Source of the DNA: Nakamurella sp.
GTDB lineage: Bacteria > Actinomycetota > Actinomycetes > Mycobacteriales > Nakamurellaceae
DNA length: 64,000 nt
NCBI GenBank assembly: GCA_965277305.1
Contig: CBDICH010000005.1
Coordinates: 368,671 to 432,670 of the forward strand
Direction: 5' to 3'
Positions 9,546-19,826 of this stretch are shown one piece after another (position 1 is the first letter of the stretch; the number at the start of each line of letters is the position of its first letter). Under the pieces are notes generated by a model, which did not search any database, was not told where the DNA came from, and was given only the letters and a program-made list of their open reading frames with translations. Position numbers and translations under genes: made by a program.

Positions 9546-10214
9546 GTGCAAAATCCTGTCTCTCGGTGGACCATGTCCGTTATGTACATCGCCGGTTCGG
9601 AGAGCTGCCAGATCTCCGTCGACGAACCGTCGACTCTGATCGTCGCCCTGTACATCCGGGAGGCAGCCGGTCTGACCGCCCTCACCGCCCAGGAGATTCC
9701 CGTGCTGGATCCGCCGTCCACCATCTGGCCGGCCTGGGCCCAACGACCGTCCACCGGCTTGGTCTCCCCTGCCGATCCGTTCGCGGACACGCTGAACCAG
9801 GAACAGTGCGCCCGTGAATGGGCCAGGTGGTGGCGGCACGCCCTGGCCGTCGGTCCGGCCGCTGCCGATGATCTGCGACCGCCGCGCTTCCTCGCGTTCG
9901 CCAGCACACCATCGCTCCGCACGCTCCTGCAGATCTACCACGAGCGGGCCAACCTCTGGGCCGAATCGATCTCCAGCGACCCGCGGGTGAAACGGGCCCA
10001 CGCGGCCCCCAAGGACGGCCTGGATGAACTAGCCCGGGAGGCCGCCCGGGCCTGGGGCGCCACCCCGTTTCGTCTGCGACTGACGGTGATCCCGGTGGAA
10101 ACCGAACACGCCTGGCAACTGGCGCCCGACCACATCCTGATGACGCGACATCTGATCGCCGATCGCAACAACGTGCTCGACTGGCTGCGCTCCCGGATCC
10201 TGGCCGTGCGCTGA
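9546..10214 (+). CDS. Hypothetical protein (start may be 9573 or 9582)
   Basis: Coding-like GC3 bias and globular composition; no motif recognised. Confidence 0.7.
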   Translation: MQNPVSRWTMSVMYIAGSESCQISVDEPSTLIVALYIREAAGLTALTAQEIPVLDPPSTIWPAWAQRPSTGLVSPADPFADTLNQEQCAREWARWWRHALAVGPAAADDLRPPRFLAFASTPSLRTLLQIYHERANLWAESISSDPRVKRAHAAPKDGLDELAREAARAWGATPFRLRLTVIPVETEHAWQLAPDHILMTRHLIADRNNVLDWLRSRILAVR

Positions 10215-10252
10215 CCCGGTCGGGCTTGCCACTCCACCGACCGCCGCGGGCG

Positions 10253-11368
10253 TCAGCCCTTGGCCCAAACCCCCGTGTCGAGGAAAGTCTGCACGTCCTG
10301 GCGGGGTTGACGGAGGTCCCAGCCCTGCTCGGCAACCCAGTCGTCGTTGTAGTACGTGGCTCGGTACCGCTCACCGCCGTCGCACAACAGTGCGACCACC
10401 GACCCCGTGCGTCCGGCCGCGGCCATCTCGTCGACCAGGCCGAAGGCCGCCCACAGGTTGGTCCCGGTCGACGGTCCCACCTTGCGGCCGAGTACGTGCT
10501 CGACACCACGCATCGCGGCGACGGAGCACGCGTCGGGTACCGACACCATCCGGTCGATCACCTGGCCGACGAACGACGGCTCCACCCGGGGACGACCGAT
10601 GCCCTCGATCCGGGACCCCGCCGCCCGCTGCGTGGGGTCGGAGGCACACCAACCGTGGAAGAAGGCCGAGTTCTCCGGGTCCGGCACGCACAATCGGGTG
10701 GGGTGGCCCCGGTAGCGGACAAACCGGCCGATGGTGGCGCTGGTGCCGCCAGTACCGGCTGCGACCACGATCCATTCCGGAATCGGATGGGTCTCCAGAC
10801 GCATCTGGGCGAAGATGGACTCGGCGATGTTGTTGTTCCCTCGCCAGTCCGTGGCCCGCTCGGCGTGGGTGAACTGGTCCATGTAGTGGCCGCCGACGTC
10901 ATCGGCCAGCTGCCTCGAGACGTCGTACATGGTCGCCGGATCGTCGACGAGATGGCAGCGCCCGCCTTGTTTCTCGATCAGCGCGATCTTCTCCCGTGAC
11001 GTCCTGGCCGGCATCACCGCCACGAAGGGCACCCCGATCAGCCGGGCGAAGTAGGCCTCCGACACCGCAGTCGACCCCGACGAGCTCTCCACCACGGTGG
11101 CGCCCTCGACCAGCCATCCGTTGCAGAGTGCATACAGGAACAACGACCTGGCCAGCCGGTGCTTGAGCGAGCCGGTGACATGGGTCGACTCATCCTTCAG
11201 ATACAGGTCGACACCGAGCCCGGCCGGCAGCGGAAACCGGATCAGATGCGTGTCCGCGCTGCGCTGCGCGTCCGCCTCGATCCTCCGGACGGCCTGGGCG
11301 ACCCACTCCCGGCCGGCAGGGTCCGAGCGGTCCGAGGTCTCCGATCGTCCGATGGGCCGATCGCTCAC
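10253..11368 (-). CDS. cds1: PLP-dependent cysteine synthase-like protein (Cds1-type L-cysteine desulfhydrase)
   Basis: [52 protein letters not shown]; GTGA overlap with the upstream DUF4229 gene. Confidence 0.85.
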   Translation of the reverse strand: MSDRPIGRSETSDRSDPAGREWVAQAVRRIEADAQRSADTHLIRFPLPAGLGVDLYLKDESTHVTGSLKHRLARSLFLYALCNGWLVEGATVVESSSGSTAVSEAYFARLIGVPFVAVMPARTSREKIALIEKQGGRCHLVDDPATMYDVSRQLADDVGGHYMDQFTHAERATDWRGNNNIAESIFAQMRLETHPIPEWIVVAAGTGGTSATIGRFVRYRGHPTRLCVPDPENSAFFHGWCASDPTQRAAGSRIEGIGRPRVEPSFVGQVIDRMVSVPDACSVAAMRGVEHVLGRKVGPSTGTNLWAAFGLVDEMAAAGRTGSVVALLCDGGERYRATYYNDDWVAEQGWDLRQPRQDVQTFLDTGVWAKG

Positions 11369-11748
11369 CGCTGCTCCTGGCCGTCGAGCGCAGAGCGCAG
11401 GCGCTCCCGCTCTTGCCTTCGGTGGGCTGTCGAGACCGCCATTGCCGCATTGACGCGTCGACGGACGCCCGCGAACAAGACCCACGACAGCGGCAGCGCC
11501 AACACGATGGCAAACAGCAGCGCCAGGATCAGCGGCATCAGCAGAGACAGACCTGCGGCCAGCACGACCAACAGCCCGATCCGCAGCACCGAGTAGATCA
11601 CCAGCCACTTCCCGAGCGCCGGTGTCGGCTCCACGCCTTGCGAAGCATTGCTCGCGACGACAGCAGCCCCGGCTACCGGTGCGCCATCCGTCTCGTTTGC
11701 GGAACCATCAGGCCCCAGCTGCTGCCCTGGATCTCGTGCGCTGTCCAC
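11365..11748 (-). CDS. DUF4229-family membrane protein
   Basis: YSVLRIGLL...[10 protein letters not shown]...[10 protein letters not shown]; GTG 11748 lies 6 nt after TATCCT. Confidence 0.8.
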   Translation of the reverse strand: MDSARDPGQQLGPDGSANETDGAPVAGAAVVASNASQGVEPTPALGKWLVIYSVLRIGLLVVLAAGLSLLMPLILALLFAIVLALPLSWVLFAGVRRRVNAAMAVSTAHRRQERERLRSALDGQEQR

Positions 11749-11764
11749 TCGTCGAGGATATGCG

Positions 11765-12238
11765 TCAATCTGCCGACTCGGCTCCGGGTCGATCCACCAC
11801 CGGAGCCGGACGGCCTTCGAACCTGGTGGCCAGCACGACCGTGGTCGTGGTTCTGGCCACGCCATCGATCGCGCGGAGTCGACCGAGGCAGGTGTGGAGT
11901 TCGTCGACGCTCGAAATCCGCAGGATGACGGTGAAGGCATCGTCGCCGGCCACCGAGTAGCAACTCTCCACCTCCGGCATGGCTTCGAGCGCGGACGCGA
12001 TCACCTCGTCCCGTCCGTTCTCGCCGGGCGCGATCCCCACCAGCGCCGTCACACCGACGCCGATCGCACGGGAGGAGACGACCGCGCGGTAGGCGGTGAT
12101 GACGCCGGAGGACTCCAGCTTGCCGACGCGCTCGTGAACCGCCGAGGACGAGAGGCCCACCAATCTGGCCAACTCGGCGTAGCTGGCGCGGCCATCGGCA
12201 CGAAGGACGTCGATCAGCTGCCGGTCGACCAGATCCAT
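11765..12238 (-). CDS. Lrp/AsnC-family transcriptional regulator
   Basis: MDLVDRQLIDVLRADGRASYAELARLVGLSSSAVHERV...VAGD. Confidence 0.93.
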   Translation of the reverse strand: MDLVDRQLIDVLRADGRASYAELARLVGLSSSAVHERVGKLESSGVITAYRAVVSSRAIGVGVTALVGIAPGENGRDEVIASALEAMPEVESCYSVAGDDAFTVILRISSVDELHTCLGRLRAIDGVARTTTTVVLATRFEGRPAPVVDRPGAESAD

Positions 12239-12727
12239 CAGAGACCTCCTGCGCGCAGACGGCCGCGCCTGCCCCGCCGGGCGGTCCGTGTGGGCTTTAC
12301 CGTAGCCGTTGCCCGGCGCGGGTCGACAACGGTTCTCTGCTGCGAATCGAGTCGAGGAAACTGATGCGTTCGCCGTTTCGATCACGGCTTACGGGGCATC
12401 GGAGCACCGCTCCGCGAGTCGTGACCTATCTGTGATTTTTCAGACCGTCCGTGGGCTGTATATCTGACTATCCATCTCTTCGGGGGCCAGCCCCAGGAGA
12501 TTTGCCCAGTTCGGACCGCGAAAGACCGCCGCCGGCCCGGCCCACGGCCCGGCTTGACTCATTCGGTGGTACCGGCAGGGAAACGGCTTTTCCGGACAAA
12601 TCAGACTAAGCCCCATATTACGTTCATATGACAACTCGAACGAAGGGCATGAATGGGGCACAATGGTCACACGCCAGTTCGGCGTACGAGGCCAGTCGGG
12701 GCCTGAGAGACAGGAGGGCACATCGCC

Positions 12728-12928
12728 ATGGAGAAGTCAGAACGCCTACTCACCCCAGGTGAAGTTGCATTGATGTTCCGGGTGGATCCGAAGACGGTCA
12801 CCCGGTGGGCATCTGCCGGTCGGATCGGCTCGATCAGGACGCCGGGCGGCCACCGCCGATTCCGCGAGTCGGAAGTCAGCGTGCTGCTGGCCGACCTCAC
12901 TGTGGAAGCTGCCCGTCATACGGCCTGA
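12728..12928 (+). CDS. bldC: BldC-family MerR-like DNA-binding protein
   Basis: LLTPGEVALMFRVDPKTVTRWA...IRTPGGHRRF; AGGAGG RBS. Confidence 0.92.
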   Translation: MEKSERLLTPGEVALMFRVDPKTVTRWASAGRIGSIRTPGGHRRFRESEVSVLLADLTVEAARHTA

Positions 12929-12971
12929 TCCATCGGTCGGCCGGACCACCCGGCGAGCCACTGCATCCGAC

Positions 12972-13010
12972 GCCCCTCGTCCCGCACCCGCCCGGTGCCC
13001 GACGGGGGGC
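12972..13010 (+). terminator. Hairpin downstream of bldC
   Basis: GCCCCTCGTC/GACGGGGGGC outer stem with GCACC/GGTGC inner stem. Confidence 0.55.
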
Positions 13011-13136
13011 CTCTCGCGTTCCGGGGGCCATCATCAGCTCGCCGGTAGATCGGCGACGACTGGGCCACAGGCGCCGAACCACGCGGCGATCCAACGTTGG
13101 TATGCGTACTGTGGAACCAGACAAAGGAGGTGCCGG

Positions 13137-13355
13137 ATGTACATGCTCATCGCAATCGCAGTGACCGTTCTGGTCATCGCGCTCGCTTGGCGTGGAATCG
13201 GCGCTGCGTCACAGGACGAAGAGTCCGCGCAGACTCCGCAGGCGCGGCCGAGCAGGCCCACACGGCCGCGTTCCCGAACCGTGGCGCCGGACGACGACCC
13301 GGAATTCCTCCGTGAGATCGACCGCCGGCTCCGCGGCGAGGACAAGAGCAGCTGA
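13137..13355 (+). CDS. Small membrane protein with PDDDPEFL motif (Rv0530A-like)
   Basis: AAGGAGG RBS, N-terminal TM helix, APDDDPEFLR; convergent with ccsB. Confidence 0.8.
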   Translation: MYMLIAIAVTVLVIALAWRGIGAASQDEESAQTPQARPSRPTRPRSRTVAPDDDPEFLREIDRRLRGEDKSS

Positions 13356-13402
13356 TCGGCTCGTTCGGGTCCGGCTGACCAGGCTGCGCTGACCCGCTTC
13401 GG

Positions 13403-14524
13403 CTAGTTCAGGCCCGCGTACGAATGCAGGCCGGACACCACCATGTTGATCACGAACAGGTTGAACAGCACCGAGATGAACCCCAGTACGGAGATCCACG
13501 CGGCCCTGGTGCCGCGCCAACCGGCAGTCGCCCTGGCGTGCAGGTACGCCGCGTAGAAGACCCAGCTGACGAACGCGCAGGTCTCCTTGGGATCCCAGCC
13601 CCAATAGCGACCCCAGGCCACCTCGGCCCACATGGCGCCGGCGATGACGGCGAATGTGTACACCGGGAAGGCCACGATCGTGGTGCGGTAGGCGACGCGG
13701 TCCAACGCAGCCAGCGACGGCAGCGACGCCAGGCGGGATCTGGTCGCGACCGAGGCCTGCGGCACGAACCCACCGGCCGACGGACCGGCCTCCTGATCGG
13801 CGGCCAACTGCAGCTCGTGGCCCGACTCCTTGGCCCAGGCCTGCTCGGCCAGCAGCTTGCGCTCGTACCGGGCCCGCAGCAGGTACATGACGGAGGCCAC
13901 GCCGGACACCATCAGTACCCCCGTGGACAGCGACACGGCCAGCACATGGATCAGCAGCCAGTAGGAGTGCAGCGCAGGCACCAGGGACTCGACCTGGGTG
14001 TAGAGCTTGGTACCGGCCACGAACATCAGGATGACGATCGGGATCATCACGAAGAAGCCGATGGAACGTGACTTGGTCCGGTACAGGATGATCAGGAACC
14101 CGGCGACCGCGGCGGCGCAGATCATCGAGGTGAACTCGTACATGTTGCCCCAGGGTGCCCGACCGGCGGCGATACCTCGGGTGACGATCGAGAACAGCTG
14201 GGCGATGAAGCCGACGGTCACCACGATCATGCCCGCGCGACCGAACAGAGCGGCCATCGACTTGCGTGGCGGTTTCGGCGGCTTGACGATCTGACCGATG
14301 CCGGACGTGCCGCCGGTGTTCACCGTGCCCGGCCGGTCCAGCAGGGCGGTGCCACCCTTGGCCGCGGTCCGCAGCTTCATGCTCACCGCTTCGGCCGCCG
14401 TGGGTGTTGCTCCCCTGGAGGATGCGAACTCGATGCCGAAACAGACCAGCGCGGCGATGTAGCCGGCCAACGCAGCCTGAAAACCCAGGTAGGAGATGTC
14501 ACCGAGCTGGTTGTTGACCGCCAT
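13403..14524 (-). CDS. ccsB: Cytochrome c biogenesis protein CcsB/CcsA (ResC), system II
   Basis: RAPWGNMYEF, WWD-type WGRYWGWDPKET, LHSYA. Confidence 0.95.
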   Translation of the reverse strand: MAVNNQLGDISYLGFQAALAGYIAALVCFGIEFASSRGATPTAAEAVSMKLRTAAKGGTALLDRPGTVNTGGTSGIGQIVKPPKPPRKSMAALFGRAGMIVVTVGFIAQLFSIVTRGIAAGRAPWGNMYEFTSMICAAAVAGFLIILYRTKSRSIGFFVMIPIVILMFVAGTKLYTQVESLVPALHSYWLLIHVLAVSLSTGVLMVSGVASVMYLLRARYERKLLAEQAWAKESGHELQLAADQEAGPSAGGFVPQASVATRSRLASLPSLAALDRVAYRTTIVAFPVYTFAVIAGAMWAEVAWGRYWGWDPKETCAFVSWVFYAAYLHARATAGWRGTRAAWISVLGFISVLFNLFVINMVVSGLHSYAGLN

Positions 14525-14575
14525 CAGAATCGCTGCCTCTCGTGGAACCGATCGATATCACATGCTGGAACATCA

Positions 14576-16345
14576 CTACTGGGGACCATCGACCAACGCG
14601 ACCAACTTCGTGAACTCGGCGCCGTACCCGGCCTGATCCGTCCTGGCCAGACCGCCGATGTCCACTCTGGAACGATCTTCACCCGTCACGGTACGGGTAG
14701 CCACTGACACCCCGCCATCACCCGACGCCCTGGCCGGGTCGTCGATCCCGCCGACTGCGTCAGAATCGTTGCCCTGCGGGCTGATCCGGAACCAGACACG
14801 TCGCCGCTTGATGACGAGCGAGGACATCAGACCGACGAGCAGCGAGATGGCGAAGACCAGCGCCCAGCCCTCGGCCGGATCGAACGAGGTCTGGAGCGAC
14901 ACCCACTCCTTGTAGCCGGTGAAGGTGATCTTGGTGCCGTCGTCCAGCTTCATGGACTCTCCCGGCGCCAGGTTGGCCCGGTTGAGCTTGACCAACTTGC
15001 CGTTGGCCACCTGGTCGGAATCGATGGCGAAGATGGACTGGGCCTTGCCTGTCTCCATGCCGAGGTCACCGCGATAGATCTGGATGGCGACTCCCGGTGC
15101 CTCGGGTGCGGGGAACGTCGAGGTCATGATTCCGCCGTGCACCAGGGCGGTCGGCGCGAACAGACCGACGATGGCCAACTGGTGTGAGCGCACCGCGTCT
15201 CCGACATACCCGGGCGGGTCGGTGAACTTGACCGCTCCCTGCGAGGTGAAGGTCGCGTCCTGGGGCTGGAAGGGTTCGGTGCCGGTCTGGGTCTGTCCGT
15301 CCGGGTAGGTGACCGTGAACGACGGCGCGTAGCCATGGCCGAGCAGATAGAGCCGCTGGCCGCCGGGGATCCGGAGCGGGTCGTTGACCTCCAGCGCTCG
15401 CGAACTCCAGGTATCGGTGTTGAGCTGGGCACCGGTCTGATAGCGGATCGAGGCTACGAAGGTGGACGCCTGGCCAGATTCGGTATAGCTCGCGGCGAAC
15501 TTGTCGACGTTGATGCAGAAGGGGGTGAGGTCGGTGCCGTCGACCACGAGACCGGGCCGGAAGTTGTCGTAGTTCGACGGCGTCGACGAGCAGAAGGCAG
15601 ACGAGGCCCCGTCGTCGGCGGTGATGATCACCGAGCCCTCGTAGCCGAACAGCTTTCCGACGGCGATCGCGACGAGCAGCCCGAGCAGCGAGAAGTGGAA
15701 GACCAGGTTGCCGACCTCGCGCAGGAAGCCCTTCTCCGCCGAGATGGTGATGATCGTGCCGTCTGCCTCTGTGCGGCGAACGAGACGCCAGCGGCGTAGC
15801 CCCGCGGTGATGCGATCGGCGATCTCCTGCTGGCCGCCGGTGGCCACGACGCTGTCGTGATGCGGCATCCGGGCGAGATTCCGCGGGGTACTGACCGGCT
15901 TCATCCGGATCTGGCCGACGAAATCCCAGGTCCGCGGCAGCAGGCAACCAACGAGCGAGGTGAAGAGCAGCAGGTAGATCGCGGCGTACCACGGCGATCC
16001 GAACACCTCGAAGAATCCGAGGTGGTTCAGCAGTTCGCCCCAGGAGCCGTGGTCGACGATGTACTGCGCCGTCTTCGACGTGTTCAGCGACCACTGCGGC
16101 AGCAGCGCGCCGGGCAGCGAGGCGAGGGCCAGCAGGAAGAGCAGCACCAGCGCGGTACGCATGCTGGTGAGCTGGCGCCAGATGTTCCGCAGGAACGCCA
16201 GGCCGCCCCGGACCGGCCCCTGTCGATACGGCGGATCCACGGGTCCTCTGCCCGCGGTCTGCCCCGTCTCCTCGGTCTCCTCGGTTCGCTCCGGCGCCTC
16301 GGCAGGGAGGCCGCCGGACAGATGGGTGGTGTCGCGGGTGACCAT
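14576..16345 (-). CDS. resB: Cytochrome c biogenesis protein ResB
   Basis: LTSMRTALVLLFLLALASLPG, REVGNLVFH, VNDPL. Confidence 0.93.
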   Translation of the reverse strand: MVTRDTTHLSGGLPAEAPERTEETEETGQTAGRGPVDPPYRQGPVRGGLAFLRNIWRQLTSMRTALVLLFLLALASLPGALLPQWSLNTSKTAQYIVDHGSWGELLNHLGFFEVFGSPWYAAIYLLLFTSLVGCLLPRTWDFVGQIRMKPVSTPRNLARMPHHDSVVATGGQQEIADRITAGLRRWRLVRRTEADGTIITISAEKGFLREVGNLVFHFSLLGLLVAIAVGKLFGYEGSVIITADDGASSAFCSSTPSNYDNFRPGLVVDGTDLTPFCINVDKFAASYTESGQASTFVASIRYQTGAQLNTDTWSSRALEVNDPLRIPGGQRLYLLGHGYAPSFTVTYPDGQTQTGTEPFQPQDATFTSQGAVKFTDPPGYVGDAVRSHQLAIVGLFAPTALVHGGIMTSTFPAPEAPGVAIQIYRGDLGMETGKAQSIFAIDSDQVANGKLVKLNRANLAPGESMKLDDGTKITFTGYKEWVSLQTSFDPAEGWALVFAISLLVGLMSSLVIKRRRVWFRISPQGNDSDAVGGIDDPARASGDGGVSVATRTVTGEDRSRVDIGGLARTDQAGYGAEFTKLVALVDGPQ

Positions 16346-17161
16346 CTAGAGCACCGTCCCGGATCCCGCGAACTGCACCTGCAGCCACGCGATGAAGTGT
16401 CCCCACAGCCCGGTCACCATGGCCAGGCCGACCAGGATCAGCATGACGGCACCGACGACCTGGATGGTCCGGGAGTGCCGCCGCAGGACGCCCACACCCG
16501 TGCTGGCCCAGCCGAAACCGAAGGCCAGCAACATGAATGGCACGCCGAGTCCGGCGCAGTACAACAGCACCAGGAAGAACCCGCGCCAGGCCGAGCCGTT
16601 CCAGTCGGTGGCCACGGACAGCGAGATGACGCCGGCCAGGGTGGGGCCGATGCAGACGGTCCAGCCGAGCCCGAAGAAAGCTCCCAGCAACAATGCGCCG
16701 AACACACGGCCGGTCGGGCGCGCATGGATGCGCTTCTCCGACTGCATCGGCCGGATGACACCGAGCATGGCCAGCCCCATCAAAATGGTCACCACCCCGC
16801 CGATGCGCATCAGCCACTCGGTGTTGACGGCGAGGGTGTGCGCCACGCCGAGTACCAGGCTCTGCTCGGCCAGGAAGACCAGCGTGAACCCGGCGACGAA
16901 GAGCGCGGCGGCGCCCACCACCCGACCCCGGACCTGCACCGTGACCTTGGTAGCTCCCGCCCCACCCGACGACGGATGGTCGACGGCCTCGGCCCCGACC
17001 AGACCGACGAGATACGACAGGTAGCCCGGTACCAGCGGAATGACGCAGGGCGACGCGAAGGACACGAGACCGGCGGCCAGGGCGAGGCCCGCGGCGACGA
17101 CGAACGGTCCGTCGATCACGGTCTGGGTGGGGCCGGCGACGGCCGCGAGCGCTAGCACCAT
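16346..17161 (-). CDS. ccdA: Cytochrome c biogenesis protein CcdA
   Basis: SFASPCVIPLVPGY and GWTVCIGPTL. Confidence 0.93.
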   Translation of the reverse strand: MVLALAAVAGPTQTVIDGPFVVAAGLALAAGLVSFASPCVIPLVPGYLSYLVGLVGAEAVDHPSSGGAGATKVTVQVRGRVVGAAALFVAGFTLVFLAEQSLVLGVAHTLAVNTEWLMRIGGVVTILMGLAMLGVIRPMQSEKRIHARPTGRVFGALLLGAFFGLGWTVCIGPTLAGVISLSVATDWNGSAWRGFFLVLLYCAGLGVPFMLLAFGFGWASTGVGVLRRHSRTIQVVGAVMLILVGLAMVTGLWGHFIAWLQVQFAGSGTVL

Positions 17162-17162
17162 G

Positions 17163-17744
17163 TCAGCTCTCTTTCACCAAGCCGGGGATCACGCCGTTCA
17201 GATCCCCCTCGGTGATTTCGTGCAACCAGATGTGGGCGACCTTGCCCTGCTTGTCCAGCACGATGGTGACCGGGAGCGACCCGGTCGGGAGGCCCCGCAC
17301 CGACAACATCGTGCGCATCCCCGGATCGAAGATGGACGGATAGCTGATCTGCTTGCCGGCCGTGAACCCCAGGGCGCCGGAAGTGGTGTCCTTGACGTCG
17401 ACGCCGATGAACTGGACGCCCTGCCCCTGATATTTCTGCCAGGCCGACTCCAACCCCTGCGCCTCGTCCCGGCAGGGTGCGCACCAGGATCCCCAGAAGT
17501 TCAACACCACGACTTTGCCCTGGTAGTCGGACAGGCTGACGGTCTTCTTGCCGGTCAGATCAGGGCCGGACATCTCACCGACCTGCTTCCGCTCCCCGAC
17601 CGGATAGCTGAACTCCGTCTGCCCGCCCGGCGAGGTGAAGGTGAAGGAACCGCCGTACACCGTGGCGTCGTTACCGGAGGAACAACCCACCGCCACGAGT
17701 CCGGCCACCGCAACCAGCAGCAACGTCCTGATGACCCGCCTCAT
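17163..17744 (-). CDS. ResA/TlpA-family thiol-disulfide oxidoreductase lipoprotein
   Basis: Lipobox VAVGC, NFWGSWCAPCR; ATGA overlap at 17741-17744. Confidence 0.92.
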   Translation of the reverse strand: MRRVIRTLLLVAVAGLVAVGCSSGNDATVYGGSFTFTSPGGQTEFSYPVGERKQVGEMSGPDLTGKKTVSLSDYQGKVVVLNFWGSWCAPCRDEAQGLESAWQKYQGQGVQFIGVDVKDTTSGALGFTAGKQISYPSIFDPGMRTMLSVRGLPTGSLPVTIVLDKQGKVAHIWLHEITEGDLNGVIPGLVKES

Positions 17745-18421
17745 GTCGCGATCCCGTGATCCGGACGATTCGCCCGACCGGTCGGTTGGGCGAGCCCGAC
17801 ATCGTCGACCGCGGCGATGTGCGCGACGGGCTCCGAATAACTCAGCCCGGCGAATACACCGTCGTCGAAGGTGAGTGCAGTCAACGACGCGACGCTGCAC
17901 TCCCGGTTGGTCGGGTTGTGCCAGAGGCGCAGCCCCTCGAGATAGCGCCGTACCGTGACGATCGGGAGCTGGTGCGACACGATGAGCGCCTCGTGGCCGT
18001 CGGCAGCGGCCACCGCGCTGTAGATCGCGGCGATCATGCGATGGGCGATGTCCAGATACGGCTCGCCCCAGGATGGCAGGAAAGGATTCCGCAGCTTGGC
18101 CCAGTACCGGGGCTGGCGAAGCACCCCATCGCCGACCGCGACCTTCAATCCCTCGAACTCGTTGCCGGCCTCGATGACCCGGTCGTCGGTGACGATCGTC
18201 AGGCCCTTGGCTTCCGCCAGCGGGGTCGCCGTCTCCTGGGCGCGGACCAGCGAAGACGCTGCGACATAGGTGATGTCAGCCGACGACAGGTGATCGGCGA
18301 TGCCGCTGGCCATGGCGCGGCCAGAGGCAGCGAGGTGGTAGCCGGGCAGCCGGCCGTACAGCAGGCCGGACGGATTGTGCACCTTGCCGTGCCGCAGCAG
18401 ATGGACGACGGTACGGCTCAC
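17741..18421 (-). CDS. Histidine phosphatase (phosphoglycerate mutase-like)
   Basis: LLRHG, LVRAQET, VSHQLPI; usual first gene of the actinobacterial ccs operon. Confidence 0.92.
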   Translation of the reverse strand: MSRTVVHLLRHGKVHNPSGLLYGRLPGYHLAASGRAMASGIADHLSSADITYVAASSLVRAQETATPLAEAKGLTIVTDDRVIEAGNEFEGLKVAVGDGVLRQPRYWAKLRNPFLPSWGEPYLDIAHRMIAAIYSAVAAADGHEALIVSHQLPIVTVRRYLEGLRLWHNPTNRECSVASLTALTFDDGVFAGLSYSEPVAHIAAVDDVGLAQPTGRANRPDHGIAT

Positions 18422-18562
18422 GTCGACACGTCCGGCGTCACGGCAGACGGGCGGGGGCAGCAGGTTTCACGGCTGCAGGACTTCGAGGTCGGGCACACGT
18501 CACCAGTGTTCCAGGTTCTGGGTGTGCCCCTGGTAGGACGAACGTCCCGGGTGATGCAAACG

Positions 18563-18994
18563 TCATCCTGCCAAGGACACCGAAGTGGTTTGTTCGGTCC
18601 GACGCAACCGCAGCCAACGGAAGAAGTCGACCCCGCCGACAGTGAGGGCCACCCCGGCCAGCAGGGCCAAGCCTGCGGCTGCGCCGATCCAGGGACCGGA
18701 ATAGCGGGTGATGCTCGTGGTCACCCCGCTGACGAAGGACGGAAAATGATCCGTCCGGACACCGTGGCGGAACAGCAGAACCGCCGCGACCAGGAGCAGG
18801 ACGGCTGCGAGGCCGGCGACGACGAACCTGACCAGCAGCACGGTCGACACGTCGCCGGCGGCCCGGCCGGCTTCCGTCGGCGAGATCGGCAGATCGATGG
18901 CCGCCTGGGGTGCGGTATCCATCCGCCAACTCGACTCGTCCTGTGGACGCGGGTGGGCCTGCGGACCCGACGGGTCGTGCTCGGGCCCGGTCAG
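18563..18994 (-). CDS. Hypothetical two-TM membrane protein (start CTG 18994 or ATG 18922)
   Basis: C-terminal part of track ORF 18563..19705 with two hydrophobic segments. Confidence 0.65.
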   Translation of the reverse strand: MTGPEHDPSGPQAHPRPQDESSWRMDTAPQAAIDLPISPTEAGRAAGDVSTVLLVRFVVAGLAAVLLLVAAVLLFRHGVRTDHFPSFVSGVTTSITRYSGPWIGAAAGLALLAGVALTVGGVDFFRWLRLRRTEQTTSVSLAG

Positions 18995-19662
18995 TGCTGT
19001 TTCTTCCGCAGCGCCACGGCCATGAAAAAGCCGGAGGCCTTGCCCAGGAAGGTGGTCGACAGCCCGATCACGATCAACAGCGTCGCGAACAGGGTGATCG
19101 TGTTCGACACCTGGAACAGGAACGCCAGGACCAGCTGGATCAGCACCACACCGATCAACACGCGCCGCGTCCACTTGCGGCCTTCGCGCATGAACCAGCC
19201 GGCCGCACCGGTGATCAGTCCGACCACGATCAGCACGACGGAGAAGACGATCAGGGTCGTCTTGTAGCTGGACAGCGCGCTTTCCGAGAGGGTCGGCTCG
19301 GTGATCTGCCGGCAGCTGCTGGGCAGCGCAGTGAGCGCCAACGGCGTGGTCGGGCCGGCCGTCGGCGTGGCCACCGTCGTGGGGACCGTCGTCCCGATTC
19401 CACCGACCGCGTCGGTGCACTGCTTCACCGCACTGTTGTAGAAGCTCCGGTAACTGGCGGCCTGCGAGCCGGTGCTGGTCGCGGACAGCGCGCCGATCAG
19501 GAGGAACATCACGCCGGCGATCATCACCAGAATCGAAGCGATGGTGACCGCGCGCGGCCGGACGATCGGCTGGCCGTCGTCGACCGGGATGGCCGGGGTC
19601 ATGGCGGACGAGATGCTGGCCATGAAGCCGCTCTTCTTCGGGCGGGATCCGGGTGAAGTCAT
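18991..19662 (-). CDS. Hypothetical multi-pass membrane protein
   Basis: About four TM segments and a Thr/Pro-rich loop with a Cys pair. Confidence 0.75.
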   Translation of the reverse strand: MTSPGSRPKKSGFMASISSAMTPAIPVDDGQPIVRPRAVTIASILVMIAGVMFLLIGALSATSTGSQAASYRSFYNSAVKQCTDAVGGIGTTVPTTVATPTAGPTTPLALTALPSSCRQITEPTLSESALSSYKTTLIVFSVVLIVVGLITGAAGWFMREGRKWTRRVLIGVVLIQLVLAFLFQVSNTITLFATLLIVIGLSTTFLGKASGFFMAVALRKKQH

Positions 19663-19826
19663 GGCATGAACTTACCGGCCATTTCGGGGTGGTCCTGAAC
19701 ATCACACCCGATGGCCGGGAAAATCGACAGGGCGGCCGGCGGTGCAGCCCCAGCCGTGACCTTCAGGTCGGCAGTGGCGCCCACCGTCACCGACGGAGGG
19801 CACCCCTGAGGATCGACGATGCGGCG

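Noticed and set aside
18422-18562. hemL pseudogene remnant
   Set aside because: Only a vague Ala/Pro-rich resemblance to a HemL C-terminus; not enough to call a pseudogene
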